A stretch of DNA of 64,000 bases from Spizellomyces punctatus DAOM BR117 (Eukaryota), in assembly GCA_000182565.2 (NCBI GenBank), contig KQ257467.1; one strand, 5' to 3'. Both the position numbers and the translations under genes were made by a program. The first letter of the stretch is position 1, and each line of letters opens with the position of its first letter. This document shows positions 49,994-63,277 of this stretch, piece after piece. The notes beneath the pieces are model-generated. The model ran no database searches. It saw only the letters and a program-made list of their open reading frames with translations, and was not told the DNA's origin.

Positions 49994-52900
49994 ATGGCAG
50001 ATACAAAGCGGAACTCTTGGGCATTTCTCGAGTCCGACCTATCCGCGGTCCCGTCTACCCAATCCAATGCAACTCTGGCGACAACAACACATGGCGCCAG
50101 TAAAGGTGCTTGCGATACTTGTACTTTTTATCGGAACTTTCCACTAACTTCCCCTTACTAGACGTATCTCCGGGCTTTCCACTGACAGCGGAGGAGACGG
50201 CTGCTTATGCTCAGCTTTTCAAGCTTGCCGATTCGCAGGCAACAGGCACTGTTCAGCCAAACGATGCCGTGGCGTTCATGTCAAAATCGCACTTACCACA
50301 GAATGTTTTAAGTGAGGTGCGGGCGAATGTGGATTAGCGGTTGATTGTCACGAATATTGACCTTCCGACCTACTAGATCTGGCAAATCGCGGATTCAGAA
50401 CGCAAAGGTTACCTAACGCAACAAGGCTTTTACAAAGCTCTAAAGTTGATTGCTCTGGCCCAAGCTGGAAAGGCACCCAGTGCCGCATTACTCAATACCT
50501 GTATGTTTCTCGGCGGAATCGGCGGATGTGTGGATTTGTTCTGATGAATTGTGTTTTAGCTGCACCAATCCCAACGTTTGGTGGTATTACGTTACCTGGA
50601 AATGCTAGCCCATCGACACCATCTCCCTTCCCATCTACAGTCGCAAGCCATTTGACTGGCGCCTCTGCGTCTGGATCCCCCTTAAGTGCCGTTGCAACTC
50701 ACCGAACAGGTGGTAGTATTACGACGCACCATACGGGAGGCGGTTTATCTGTACATAGCACCGGCACTGGACGAATAGCATCACATATGACTGGAAGTGG
50801 AGTTGCCTCTCACAGCACCGGGAATGGAGGGGCGTATAATATATCTGCGGAGGAGCGCGAACGATTTACCGTTGCGTTCAATTCATGCAAGCCCTTGGAT
50901 GGGTTTGTAACTGGTGCGTATCAGGCTCTGTGTTGTGGTTGAAGCAGGCGATAAACCATTTGTATCTAGGGGAAGCAGCAAAGGAATTGTTCATCAAATC
51001 CACGTTGCCAGTCGACGTGCTAAGCAAAATCTGGTGAGATGTCTCATCGATGTTTAGCCACACGTAAGACAGAATCAGTGACATATTTTGGCTTGAATCA
51101 GGAATTTGGTCGATACATCGGGCGCCGGAAAACTGGATATCCATCAATTCTCCGCTGCGATGCTTTTAATTACACGGTTGCGACAAGGGGCTTTGCCTTC
51201 GGTACCTGCAACGCTCCCCTCGCATCTTTTAGGCGCGACTACGACCCTCCCGAATTTAGATAGTCCCTCTATAAGTCCAATAAAAGACTTGGGACTCCAT
51301 ACACCTCTGGCCCCTCCCCTTTCGTCGCGGCTTTTGAATCGGATGTCAACGGTCGGGCCGCCCCCTAGCTCTCCCCGCATAGATCGCCGGAGGACCATAA
51401 TTTCTACTGTAGCGTCCCAGATAATGACGTCCCCGGAATGGTTGATCAAAGATGATGAAAAGGCACAGTGCGACCAATTTTTTGATGGTTTAGATAAGGA
51501 CAAAAAAGGCTTCGTGACAGGTAAGAAAATACGCATACTTCCTCTCAAAAATTGGGACCTGTGTTTATGATTTATGAACCAGGGCAGGACAGCTACGAAT
51601 TTTTCACGCGCGCGAAACTACCACAAACGGAACTTGCTAGGATATGGGATCTTGCGGATATTTCCAGAACTGGGCGTCTTTCTAAGGACGAATTTGCAGT
51701 TGCGATGCACTTGATAAAGCTGCGAATGGCCGGGACACCCTTGCCCTCGGTACTCCCGCCGGAGCTGGTTCCGCCATCCCTTCGTATGCAGGCTTTGAAA
51801 GCATTAGGAACTGGCGATAATACATCTGGTCTGGCAGCCTCTCCAAGTGTTGGATCGCAATTATCAGCTGGCGAAACCGATCTGATGGGAGGAATGGGTT
51901 CTGCCCCAAGATCTCTGATCGATGCAAGATGTATGTATTTAAATATGTGCTTTGGTTTCTTGTTAGGTCAGAGTCTTATGTCTCCACTTTTCTGCAGCAC
52001 TATCATTTAGTAAACTGCCTTCAACGCAGAATGCTGCCGAATTGGCGGAACGAGAGGAGGAATTAGCTCAACGAAAAGCAGACCTGCAGTCAGTGGAACA
52101 GCAGCTTGGCAGCGTGCAGCCTTCTGTGGAAGAACTGAGACAGAAGAGGGCTGCTCTGGACTCTGAATTTAGGACCGTCACTGAAAAGAGGAATGAACAG
52201 GCCCTTCAGCTTTCACAGCTCCGTGCTGTATATGAGACTGAAAGCCAGATTGCTCTTGAAACTGAGAATGCACTGATACGCGAAAAACAGATGTTAAATA
52301 TTGCATTGGCGGAATTACAACAAGCACAGCAGACGGTAGCCGCCTTGCAAGCGGAAAAGGGGAACCTCGTGGAACAGCTGGGGCGCACGCAGCATGATAT
52401 CGAGGAGATGAAAAAGCAAATAAAAGAAGCTAACGAGGCGAGCATCCCGTTGCGACAAGAAATAGAAAAGTTGAGGGCCGACCTCAAACAACATCAGCAG
52501 CATCGAGAAATTAACGAGCAGGTGCTCCAAAGCGCGCGGGCTGATTACCAGCAGATACATGCGGACCTTCAACAAGAGCAGGCGCGGTTAGAGCAAGAGA
52601 AGAGTCGTAATGCGCAGGTCGCACAGCAAATCTCCGTACAGACTGCAATAAATGAGAGAGAACGGGAAAAAATGCGAGCTGCTGCAGCACAGCGAGAGAA
52701 GGAACTGGCGGTCTCTCAATCTCTTCCAGCCCTCAATGTCACAACGCGAGACCCTTATGCCGCATTTTCGAGCGTTAGCAGTCCGAGTTCCACTATGTCA
52801 CCTGGTAAATCCCTAGATACCACTTCAGCGAAGGGGTCCTTGATGGATTTGGGCTCTTCTGTTGCACTGAACTCACCGACATTCAGTACCGGCTCGTTAT

Positions 52901-54657
52901 CCGGGACCGGGAAAAAGGCGCCACCACCACCCCCGCCGATGTCGAAAAAGCCTCTGCGCGGCGATCCCGTTGGGCTGAGCCAGACCGATTTGACGCATGT
53001 CCCAGCACCGAAACCGAATGAATCTTTGACGCCAGTCAAGCCGGAAGCATCCACCGCAAGCCCGGCAAGCCAATCTCCGCAACGTAAGATGTCAACTACC
53101 TCAATCTCTTCGCGCAAGTCTGCAAAGGAAGAATTAGATGATTTGCTCGAAATCCATCAGCCTAAAAACAAGAAAAGTCAATCAAGTCTAGCGTCATTTG
53201 GTCCGTCGCCCGTCTCCATGAGACCGGCCTCTCCATCTCCAGTGGGACCATCACCTGCGGCCAGGCAACTGAAGCCGGCGTCGGTCAAATCCTTGACGTT
53301 GAGTGCGTCTGGTGAGAGGCCGCCAGAAGAGGAGGTCTTCGGATCTCAAAATGCGAAGAAGAGTTCGTCGGTGCGTTCTCTGCCTTTGGGAGAATCGCAA
53401 GAAACAGAAAAGGGGGATAACAAGATGGCAAGTACAACATCCGCGCTTGATTTCGCCAGTGCATTCGGAGACCTACCCACAAGTACAGCTCCACCAGCGA
53501 CTGCACCCCCGCCGGCGCCTGTCCGTACTGACAGCGCGACGTTTGGGGAGTCAAATGATCTTCCGGTCACCACAGCTCCTACCGAGTTCAACGACGCTTT
53601 CAGTAGTATAGCACGCGAACAAATAGGAGGCTTCGCGTCCAATGAGTTTGAAGCTGATTTTGATTCTGCCTTCGCAGTTCCTCCCATTAACCAACCGCAA
53701 CCCGTTTCTTCGCCCTTGAGCCAGGAGGGAAGAAAGGGTTCCAGTTCATCATTTCAGGATGGTGCATCGATGAGATCTACCAGCACCAGGCAAGGGGAAC
53801 TGCTAGCATCTTTAGCCACGGTGAATATTGAAGAGGAAATGAAAAACGCCTTCGCGGCATCTGCAAAGCGGGAATCAAACCCACAAGGAAATGGAAAAGC
53901 TGAAACTGCTGACTTTGACGACAAAGCTTTTGGAGCCGTCTCCGCTGCGGACTTTGATGATGACGCATTCAAGTTTGATGCCTCATTTGATGCAGGGGCA
54001 GCCAACTTTACTAGTGGAGATGATGCAGTTGGGGCCTTTGCGGGAGGGTCGGCAACATCAGCAACCGCTGCCAGCTTTGAGGCAGATTTTGCTAATGCAT
54101 TTGGCGCGCCCCCAGCGGCTGGTGGAGATCCGTTCTCTGCAAACAACTTTTCATTTGGGCCCCCTGCTCAGTCACCAGCCTCTTTTGCGGATCTCGATGC
54201 AGCCTTCGGCAGTCCAAGTGAATCGAACGGGACTTCAGACGGAAAAGCAAAAGTGAATGGAAATGGGTTCAATGCTTTTGATGATGCATTCGGGAACTCT
54301 GGAGACTTTGGCAATGCTTTCACAGCGGCAGCACCGGCGTCTCCAAAGAAGCGACCGGTACCGCTTCCGCCACAACGAGCCTCAACCTCGCAGGACGATG
54401 CGGTTGAGGTGCAACAGATTATAGCATTGGGATTTAGTAAAGGTGCGTTTACAGTATTCTTGTATCATTTGTGTTTGATTGGTGGTAACGTATTCTCTTC
54501 GTCGTTTTAGAAGAAGCAGTGAATGCCCTTGAAGTGTAAGTCACTGACTTGGATGTTAGTGCTCGCATTGACATCAGTGTCCTAACGGTCTCTCATCAAT
54601 AACAGGAATGCGTTTGATGTCGCAAAGGCGACAAATTACTTGTTAGATTCGCGGTGA
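49994..54657 (+). CDS. EDE1: Endocytic adaptor Ede1/Eps15 (three EH domains, coiled coil, FxxxF/DPF-rich region, UBA)
   Basis: EH motifs SHLPQNVLSE-IWQIAD, TLPVDVLSKIW and KLPQTELARIWDLAD...FAVAMHLI; coiled coil; C-terminal UBA (IIALGFSK...NAFDVAKATNYLL). Confidence 0.92.
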
Positions 54658-54959
54658 TTGACTTTATATATTGCAGGAAAATATTGCAAATCATTACTTT
54701 CAGTATTTGGTCTTCTTCATATTGAGGACCTCTTGAGTAGTTTATCATGAAATATAGCTGCTATGAGGATATTCTCCGGTTATACATGGTTCCATCCGAT
54801 GTAACCGGATGTGCGCAATGGCATGTCGCGGATGACGACCCTCTGTCGCTTCTTCCACTTTCTGAACGCTGCAACCATTATCAAATGCACTTGTATTTAC
54901 AATCTGTTATTAAAGGATCACTGCGAACATCACTGCCTTTATATTTCTCTGTACGCGCT

Positions 54960-56871
54960 ATGTCGGCTGTCCCCAGGATCTCGCCAAAAGTAGGAGACGA
55001 CCTCGGCCGTTATCATTGACTCTGGAACGAAATTTTCATACCTCTTTTGTCAACAGTCTGCCGGTCGAGTAAATAGCCTCGATCAAGGTGGGACAGTTTT
55101 TGCAGAGTTCACCGCTCTAGCGTTGGCACATAAGGCGGTCAATCTGGGCCAGGTTGGTGCTCCTGTTATATAGCTCAAAGTTTGCGGACGACTGGTGATG
55201 GTGGACGTTGAAAGGGATATGGTTATCAATACATTTGGATCCAGAGAATTAACCTTCCAAATCAACCTCGTCCCTATAATGCAGGGATTCCCAACTCTTC
55301 CTATCCCTGAATTCGTCACAAAAGCTGCCACAGATGCTCTCACTCAGAATAGACTATTGCATCAATATACGAGAAGTGAAGGGCACGTTCGACTTGCAAA
55401 AGGTTGGGGAATAGGTTATCAGCTGTCCAAATCGAAGGTCATACTGAGTATTTGCATTCATTAGCGTTATCGGCTTTCTATGAAGACAAATTGGGGAGGT
55501 CACTCAACCCCCTGACGGAGATCGTCACCGCTGTCGGGGCTTGTGAAGGTACGCTTAAAGCTGTCACAGGAAGCTGGCGTCTGCATGGATCTAACATGGA
55601 GCTATCATACAGCGATCTACAGTACCATTCAAGCATTTATTAATCCTGGAGATGAGGTCATCTTAATGCAGCCATTCTACGATAGCTATCCGGCGTCCGT
55701 TACGCTTGCTGGAGGCATCCCTGTAATGGTCTCCCTACGACCTCCTTCTGATCGATCATCAAAGACCTCTGATGACTGGAAGCTGGATTTTGATGAGATT
55801 CGACGCGCGATCAAACCTGGGAAGACCAAGATGATCATTGTGAATAACCCCCATAATCCTGTTGGTGTGTATGCCTGCATGGTCCTGTCAAATGTTCCCT
55901 CTGGATGGGGTCTTACATGACTCTTTTGCAGGAAAGGTGTTTACACGGGAGGAGCTGGAAGCGATTGCCCAAATTGCAACCGAGTATGACCTGCTCGTTT
56001 TGGCGGATGAAGTATACGAGACTCTTGTTTACACGGACTCTGTAGCACCTCTCATAAAGTTTGGTATGGTAGAATGTTTTGCAATACCTCGTATGATGAT
56101 AGCTGACTCACCACGATACATTAACTTTGAAGCCAGCCTGCCTGGCATGTTTGAGCGCACGATCACCGTGGGAAGTGTCGGTACGTATGCCGGAGACTAC
56201 TTTCGCGCTTGCTGCAGGCTCACCTAAGAGACTACTTTGGATGGAAGGCAAAATGTTTGGGGTAACGGGATGGAAGATTGGATGGGCCGTTGGCGCACCT
56301 GATATTATCCGATCCATTTGGATGGTCCATCAGTATGTTCCCTTCTCGGTCGTAACACCATTGCAGGTAATACCGATGGAATTGACATTGCCGCACTGGC
56401 GCTGATTGACCATTTGAACGGTAGGAAGCCACTGCGGTGTGCCTAGAACAAGCTGCTACAAATGGCTATTTCGAGCGGACGCGTGCAGAATATCAGCAGC
56501 TTCGTGACAAACTCCACACGATGCTCAGTTCAGTGGGGCTGACACCGACACTTCCTCATGGCGGGTACTTTATCCTAGCGGACACAAGTTCTTTACCTGA
56601 TCCTGCAGATGCAAACGGCAATGCTGGAGCAGAGGAAGTGGACACGGATCCTCGGCGAGATTACCGAATCTGTCGATTTTTGACAAAAGAGGCGGGAGTC
56701 ACAGCCATTCCACCCTCTGCATTTTATGATCCTGCAGATAAGGAGGGACGAGATCAAATTGCTGGGCATTTGGCTCGTTTCGCCTTTTGCAAGAATGAGG
56801 AAATGTTGGAGCAGGCTGGGGACAAGCTAAGAGCGTACTTTGGTGATTTGAAGGGGAACAAGGCAGACTAG
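54960..56871 (+). CDS. BNA3: Kynurenine/glutamine aminotransferase (class I PLP enzyme, Bna3/KYAT-like)
   Basis: AVNLGQ-GFP, HQYTRSEGH, PFYDSY, NNPHNPVG, DEVYE, GKMFGVTGWKIGW, IPPSAFY and RFAFCK; many introns. Confidence 0.88.
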
Positions 56872-57038
56872 CTGCTTTGACTGCGGTAGAATTGCATTCT
56901 TATTAGAACAGTTTTTAGCTCGCCAAGTAAGTATAGATCGCATAGGGGGGACGATTAGAGTAGGTCTCTGGGCATTGATTTATTTTCCTAACAATGTATG
57001 CCAACCCGCAACCCACCGGCCCATTGGTTGTCGTGCAT

Positions 57039-57407
57039 CTAATCATTCCAATCATGGAAGGGCTCTGGTTTCGGCAGCACCTTCTCTTTGATCTTGTCTA
57101 TGAACCCCTTACCCTGATCTGCATCAAATCTAACTGGTCCGGGGCCTTCGTTCTTGTGATAGAGTTCGCCATCACATCCAATATACCAATCCCTCGAAAA
57201 GTACTTGATGTCCGCTTGGGTAATGCATCCTGTCATTCCTTCTCCAGGACCATAATCTGGACCGGGAATGGGAACATCGATGTCCGTTGGGGGAAGCATA
57301 CCGGTCCGCAGGTAGGTGTGAACGGCGACAGAGACAGGGTCGGTGTATTTTATACCGGTTTGGCGAGGTACCAATGTTTCATTTGAGGGTTGTTGTGACT
57401 TTTGCAT
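57039..57407 (-). CDS. Hypothetical small protein (122 aa)
   Basis: ATG-initiated intronless ORF with natural-looking composition; no motif recognised. Confidence 0.5.
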   Translation of the reverse strand: MQKSQQPSNETLVPRQTGIKYTDPVSVAVHTYLRTGMLPPTDIDVPIPGPDYGPGEGMTGCITQADIKYFSRDWYIGCDGELYHKNEGPGPVRFDADQGKGFIDKIKEKVLPKPEPFHDWND

Positions 57408-58283
57408 TTGGTGGAAGCTTTATGGCTGGACTTTCAACTTTTTCTTTAATTTGCTGCGTTTACGCTCTGCGACAAGACTTACATGTACCATCTGGGTGTT
57501 CCTACTAGCATTTTATTATCACTGGACGATATGTGTCATAACTTGGGACAATGCCTTGGTTGAAAGTGGCCTGTCCAGAGTGCACATTTAGTATTATAGC
57601 CGCCATGCCATGCGAATTGACCTCGGTAAACTATCTTGTCGGAAAGATATAATACCAAATTCACCTCTATGATTGTATGTTTATAATATCATTTTTGGAT
57701 CTGATTGTTTCCGTGACTGAATTTACAGCATTGATCTGGCAGAAGCTGGTATGCCCATCGGTCAGTAGGAAGGCACCGCATTGGTTCATATTCCGGTGCC
57801 CTTCGTCGACATGGTTCCGGACAGCCCGATCCCATCAGCGGTTTTAACGTTGGTCTAAGCACTGGCTTTTTGGGTGCCATCTGGCTGTATTCTCTATGCA
57901 TATATGACTACACAACACTGCTGAGAGGTGGGTGGTTAGCGACATCACGCTATTGCATGACGATATTTGTGGTCTCGGTTCAGCATGCTTGAGGTTTTTA
58001 GTTCAGCAATCTTGGTATGCCTCGACCAAGATGAGCAGAGTAATGGCTGCTGAGCTTGCTCGCTTCGAGTTGCTTCTAGACATTTGCAAATCCAACTCTG
58101 GCTAGCCGAAAGTGAAGGGTGGAGGGCGCTATCAAAGGATGCTGTCTTGCTATTGGAAACCGCACAATGGGCAAAGCTGCGTTGAGGTGGTGTGTTGCTG
58201 AAGCTTACTCACCATCGTGACACAACAGCCAAATTGCGCAGACCCATTGCGCCTACTTGACACTCTAGGAGCATCTTTGCACC

Positions 58284-59401
58284 ATGTCACATCCAGCTAC
58301 AGTCCTTCCCTCCTTCACCATCTCGCCCGCATCGCCCGATCCACTGCATCAAACTTCATTCCTTGCATTGCTGTTCACAGTTGTGTGTCACGTGCTGGCG
58401 CTCTTGACTTCAAACTACAGTTGGGTCGATAGACTTTGGAGTATAGCGCCCGTTGTGTATGTGTGGGTTTTGGCCGGACAGCAAGCTGGTGGAGATGTGA
58501 GGAGTTTAGTGGTTTGTGGATGCGTGACTTTCTGGGGAGCAAGGCTGACTTTGAACTTTGCGCGAAAGTATGGCCAGTGTATTTGTCGTTCCAACCGAGA
58601 GCCTCGTTGTCTAATACTTGAAAACAGAGGCGGGTATAATCCGAAAGACGAAGATTATCGATGGGCAGTCCTTCGAAAAGCGATACCATCCAAGATTCTT
58701 TGGCACCTATTTTCTCTGCTCTTCATCTCCGTATATCAGAATTTCATTCTTCTGCTGATTTCCTTGCCTACGTACATTGTTCACCGGGCGTCTGTCCTCT
58801 CTCCAACGCCCTGGAGCAATCTTGATACGACTCTCCTAGTACTTTTTGCAGCGTTCTTAGTCGGAGAAACGATAGCAGATAATCAGCAATTCGCTTACCA
58901 GACAAAGAAACACCAATTGATTCGAAAAGCACAAATGGGCGACAAGGATGCGTCCACAGACAACCTTGGTCTCCCACAAGTTTATGCCCGAGGATATCTG
59001 ACGACCGGATTATTCAGATATTCTCGGCATCCAAACTTTTTTTGCGAGATAATGATCTGGTGGTGCATTTACGGATTTTCTGTCGCGGCGACGATACCCA
59101 AGTCGAACGGCTTGATAGATCTTACATGGAGCAACATCGTAAATTGGACGATTATTGGACCGATTATGTTGACGCTGCTCTTTCAAGGGAGCACATCATT
59201 TACAGAGGGCATATCTGCTAAGAAATATCCGACATACCAGGTAAATTGCTCACGGACGCGCGATGCTAAATGGGAGACCCAAGTAAAAAGTTGATGCGTT
59301 GCAAACAGATTTACCAAAAGACAACCTCACGACTTGTACCCATGTGGCCTGGCAAGGATGTCGATCAACAAGTAAAAGAAGAGCAAGACAAACGAAAATA
59401 G
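58284..59401 (+). CDS. DUF1295 / steroid 5-alpha-reductase-like membrane protein
   Basis: NYSWVDRLWS, WGARLT, EDYRW, ETIADNQQF, GLFRYSRHPNFFCE, and KYPTYQ-IYQKTTSRLVP after the last intron. Confidence 0.9.
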
Positions 59402-59620
59402 TCTTCTGAGAATGCTTTTGAGATTTGACCAGGTGTACAAATGTATATTTACGATGGATGTAACGCCGCAATGAAATCTGAACGTCGGAGGGTGATCAAG
59501 CTGTAATATCGTTACAAACTATACACACAGACATTGCTAAACGAATACAAACAATGCAAGAGCCTTTCGATGCAACACACATGAAGCTACGATATTTCCA
59601 TTTCAGTACTGTCCTGCCTC

Positions 59621-60095
59621 TCAAGCGTTGTTTCCAAAAACCTTGTAAAGACCCTCCGCTGCAAGCATTTCTCGCGGCTGACCCCAATGTCCAGGATGCT
59701 GACCTTTGTTGAGCAATGGTTTGTCCCGTTTGCGCTGTTTGGAATTCTGTCGATGATGGAAAAAGGCGTTCATACGGTCTCGACTAACGAATATCATGAA
59801 TAGAACGCAGTGGCTTCTTTTAGTTCCAATAAACAAACTCGGATTACGCTGGATTTTTCGGGCTGTGGGCAGCATTTTCTTACCAGTCACGTATCTCATG
59901 CTCTGTATCCCCTGTAACTCTCAAAACGTCTTCTTTTGCATCGTAGCCCATCATGACTTTGGCCGCTTCTGCAATTTCGGCTAATTGTTTCTTATGGGAA
60001 CTATAGTCGATGTCAAAAGGAAGAAAGATCGTATCTGTCCAACCAACCACTGGTTGCTGGATGGTAGGTGTTTCGGGATGATGTTCGGTGGTCAT
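59621..60095 (-). CDS. Hypothetical protein, two exons, possibly a degenerate KH-like fold
   Basis: Intron 59883-59784 (GTAAGA...TTAG) joins the two ORFs in frame: TIFLP...LAEIAEAAKV...VLRVTGDTEHEIRDCRDRMNAFF. No GxxG loop. Confidence 0.45.
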
Positions 60096-61213
60096 TGTTG
60101 GTCAATCCGGACACGATAGAGTAAGTCACAGGCGGATCATTTGAAGATGCTTGCTGATCATCAATTACCACAAACTATCTGAAGGAAGCTTTTCAGTTGA
60201 TTTTCCTGGGGTCAAGCCTGCCTGTGGCGTTCTGGTGTGAGCTGCATATTGGTATTTTATATGCTTTTTTACAATTGCAGAGGATACATGACCCAGATTA
60301 ACAAACCATAAAGGGAGATATTCAAATATTTACATGGTGACTGTCCAACCTTCTAGGAATGTCCAAGTTCTACTCTTGGTTTGAGGTCAGGTACATTGTA
60401 AGCTGCAAGCACCCTCACACCCCCTACATCTTCGGTCAAACATTTATGGATTTGCTGGTCGAGCCCGATAAACTTGTTGCTCCCCACACCGTGCATATTG
60501 AAGGTGATTGAAAATGGTTAATCATATCGCATAATCAGAACCCCCATCTATTGCTCAGATTGGTGTGGCATGCATGTAATGTTTTTTTTTTTTTTTTAAA
60601 CTGCGGTGAGGCGCATGCCGAAGGTCTATACAAGGGGACCTGCTCCCTCTTCCCTCTTGTTTCTTTATCTCTCGACTCTCGAAGCATCTGCCCAACGTTC
60701 AAGCAACACTCTCAAGTCCATCATGAGAATGCCGCTCTGGTGCCGAGGACCTCGCCCTCCCGACTACAACAACAACATAACCCCTTGCAAACGCTGCTAC
60801 TACTATACTGCAACGATCGCAGGTATGCATTATCTTTGTATTTTCCCACGCGGATTAGTTACCCGGTTAGAACAACCGTAATGTATTGCATGTGTAATTG
60901 GGCCTAGTGGTAGTTGGTTGGTAAGGAGGGAATTACTTGGCTTTTCCGAACCAGTTGTCGCTGGTTTATTCCCTGGTGTAGTAGCTAGTGCCATTTTCTG
61001 TCACCTCTACACTATTGAAGGTATAGGCCATCTCGAATACAACGATCCCGCCAGCTCTCTTCAATCATTGGTCTGGGCAGTGTATGGGCTCTGGAGCATG
61101 TTACAAAACTCTCAAAACCTCTGTTAATGGTCCGACTTGTGTTCTTACATGCAATATATATTATATAATATCTTTCAACCTTTGAAGCGGGGCGCTGCGT
61201 TGAAAATAACCAG

Positions 61214-61929
61214 CTAAAGGAAATAACATTGTCGAACCCGTCTCTTTGGTTTGTAAGCCACCTTTCCTGCCCCAACAAAAAGTTCGTATATGCCTTCCTT
61301 TGTCTTTGCAGACGTCTCAAAGTATTTCGCAGCGCCGATTTCGTGTGCTAGTTTGACACCTTCTTCGTAAGTAATGGGTCGCTGCATTTCCGGCCACCCG
61401 AATCGTCGGGCAAAGGCGGCGCGTTCTTCGTCTGTGGCATTATCTCGCAGGTCTTTTTGGTTGCCGACGAGGATTCGGGGAACGTCATGCAGAAAGTGGT
61501 TTGTTTCTGGGTACCACTGTATGATGATGGAAGAAAAGAGTGATGAGCCACCGTAGAGAGGTTTCCATTGGAAAACCCCAAAAAGATGGGATCATTTACC
61601 TTGTCCCGGATGTTTTCAAACCCTTCGCGGTGAATCAATGAAAAGCACAACAAAACGACATCGGTATCAGGGTAGCTCAATGGTCGCAATCGATCATATT
61701 CCTCTTGTCCAGCAGTGTCCCACAAGCTCATTTCGTATACTTTATTCTTGGCCGCGTGGATCTGAGTGATAAAGTTTTCGAAAATGGTCGGGACGTATTC
61801 GGTAGGGAACTCTTGGCCGGATTGCACCATGAGTAGAGAGGTCTTGCCACAAGCTCCGTCCCCGACAATAACCAGCTTTTTGCGCTGTCGCTTGAAAAAG
61901 TCTGGATTAGTCGTGTCCAGATAAGACAT
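61214..61929 (-). CDS. Rho-family small GTPase (Rho1/Rho4-like)
   Basis: [47 protein letters not shown], CaaX CYFL*; one intron at ~61518-61599. Confidence 0.93.
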
Positions 61930-63014
61930 GGTGACGTGCGGGGGCTTGAAAGGCGGTCTAATGCAGCGCAATAATTGACGGTGATCGCAACAAGAAAAAA
62001 GTAGACTGGACTGACTGCAGAAAGGAGCAGGCTTACCATACTTTATGTCTCTGAGTGTTAGATTTACCGTCATTACCCTGAGGGTTTCCAATGGGCCCGC
62101 GTGTGCACCAACATTCGATCGCGCAGAATATACAAATGCCCCATGGGTCAAATAAGGGTCGGGAGAGACAGTTGATAACAGTTCCGAACTAGATAAAGCT
62201 GTGTGTGAATCATGTTTATACAAGAGCGCATGGGACAGTGGATTTGTTCTGGTGTATGCCGACAGAGTTTTCATTGCAGATTCAAAACAGCCAGTCCATC
62301 TGGCATTCATCAGTCCATTACCATGATACGATTCAAACAAAAACCTTTAAAAATAGCCTAAGAAATAAGCCATGTCTATTGGAAGTAATCTGGGAGTCCG
62401 CAAATAGTCGCAATGCTTGATTCCGCAGTTAATCCCCCGCCGTCAGGCAGATTGGTTTGGCATAAACATCCCTATCTTACGTGCACGCACTGGACTGCGG
62501 CGACAAGTGAAAGAAATATCTCCGGATGCCGTTTCAATGCATGGATAAAAAGTTTGGACATCAAAAGATAAATCCCAGCCAGCAGGTTCGTCTTCCCTCG
62601 CTGATCAAAGGCTCTTCCAAAGGAAAAGACATTGGCAAAACGTTCTTGTTTGCAAAGGCTATTTGTGAGCATCAAAGCGGCTGTGGATCCAAAGTCTGCA
62701 CGGGAAATACCGCGCCGGTTTCTCTAGTTTGTCAACATATATCATATTTTTCATCCGATTTCATCCTTTATCGCAGGCCCTTCCCCCGAAGAGGATGCCA
62801 TCATCACCCGAAGGCTCCGGCAGTCGTTGCTCCTTCCATTTCTGGCGCGCGCAAACGATCAGTCCCAGGCGCCCACCTCAAAGAGGTTAGTACGTTGCAT
62901 TACTGCAACGGCCTTTAAAGTTATCCGGTTATGACTTTTCGACCGAGTTGAGTTTAGCGCCAAGTTCCCAGGGCGGGCTCGAGTTTTACGCCATCCCAAG
63001 GCGAGTGAAGAGAG

Positions 63015-63277
63015 AGTGGGGGGGATGCGAGAGAGGGTGCCTTTTTATAACCCTGGGGGACTGCGCTTTTTTTTTTGCAATTTCGGAATTCGTCGGCGGA
63101 AGATTGCGTATCCTGCGTACGTCATTCTTTTGAGCACGCCATGAACGCCCAATCATCGTCGTCGTTTCCACCTCCTGGCAGACCTCCTGGCGTGCGTTCG
63201 TTCCCCTCGCATGGCGCGTAAGTTCAGATTATGTAAACGCGTGAAGCGAGTCATTTGTTTATCTTGATTTTCCCACG
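63015..63277 (-). repeat. Dispersed promoter-like repeat, copy B (inverted relative to 6341-6570)
   Basis: Reverse complement matches copy A in long identical blocks, with small indels in the middle. Confidence 0.9.

Noticed and set aside
54960-56871. ACC synthase linked to the ethylene receptor
   Set aside because: Motifs (NLGQGFP, HQYTRS, GWKIGW, RFAFCK) fit kynurenine/glutamine aminotransferases, and the gene is ~15 kb away.
60723-61127. Small spliced Cys-containing gene (MRMPLWC...CKRCYYY)
   Set aside because: A donor site and a possible in-frame second exon exist, but the intron would be unusually long for this genome and there is no motif support.
61930-62340. N-terminal extension of the Rho GTPase in the ORF track
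   Set aside because: It starts at a non-ATG codon and is not Rho-like; the ATG at 61929 gives a normal-length Rho.
6341-63277. Giant transposon or Starship bounded by terminal inverted repeats
   Set aside because: No transposase or tyrosine recombinase inside; the contents are core genes (eIF3c, NDC1, SWC4); no target-site duplication seen.
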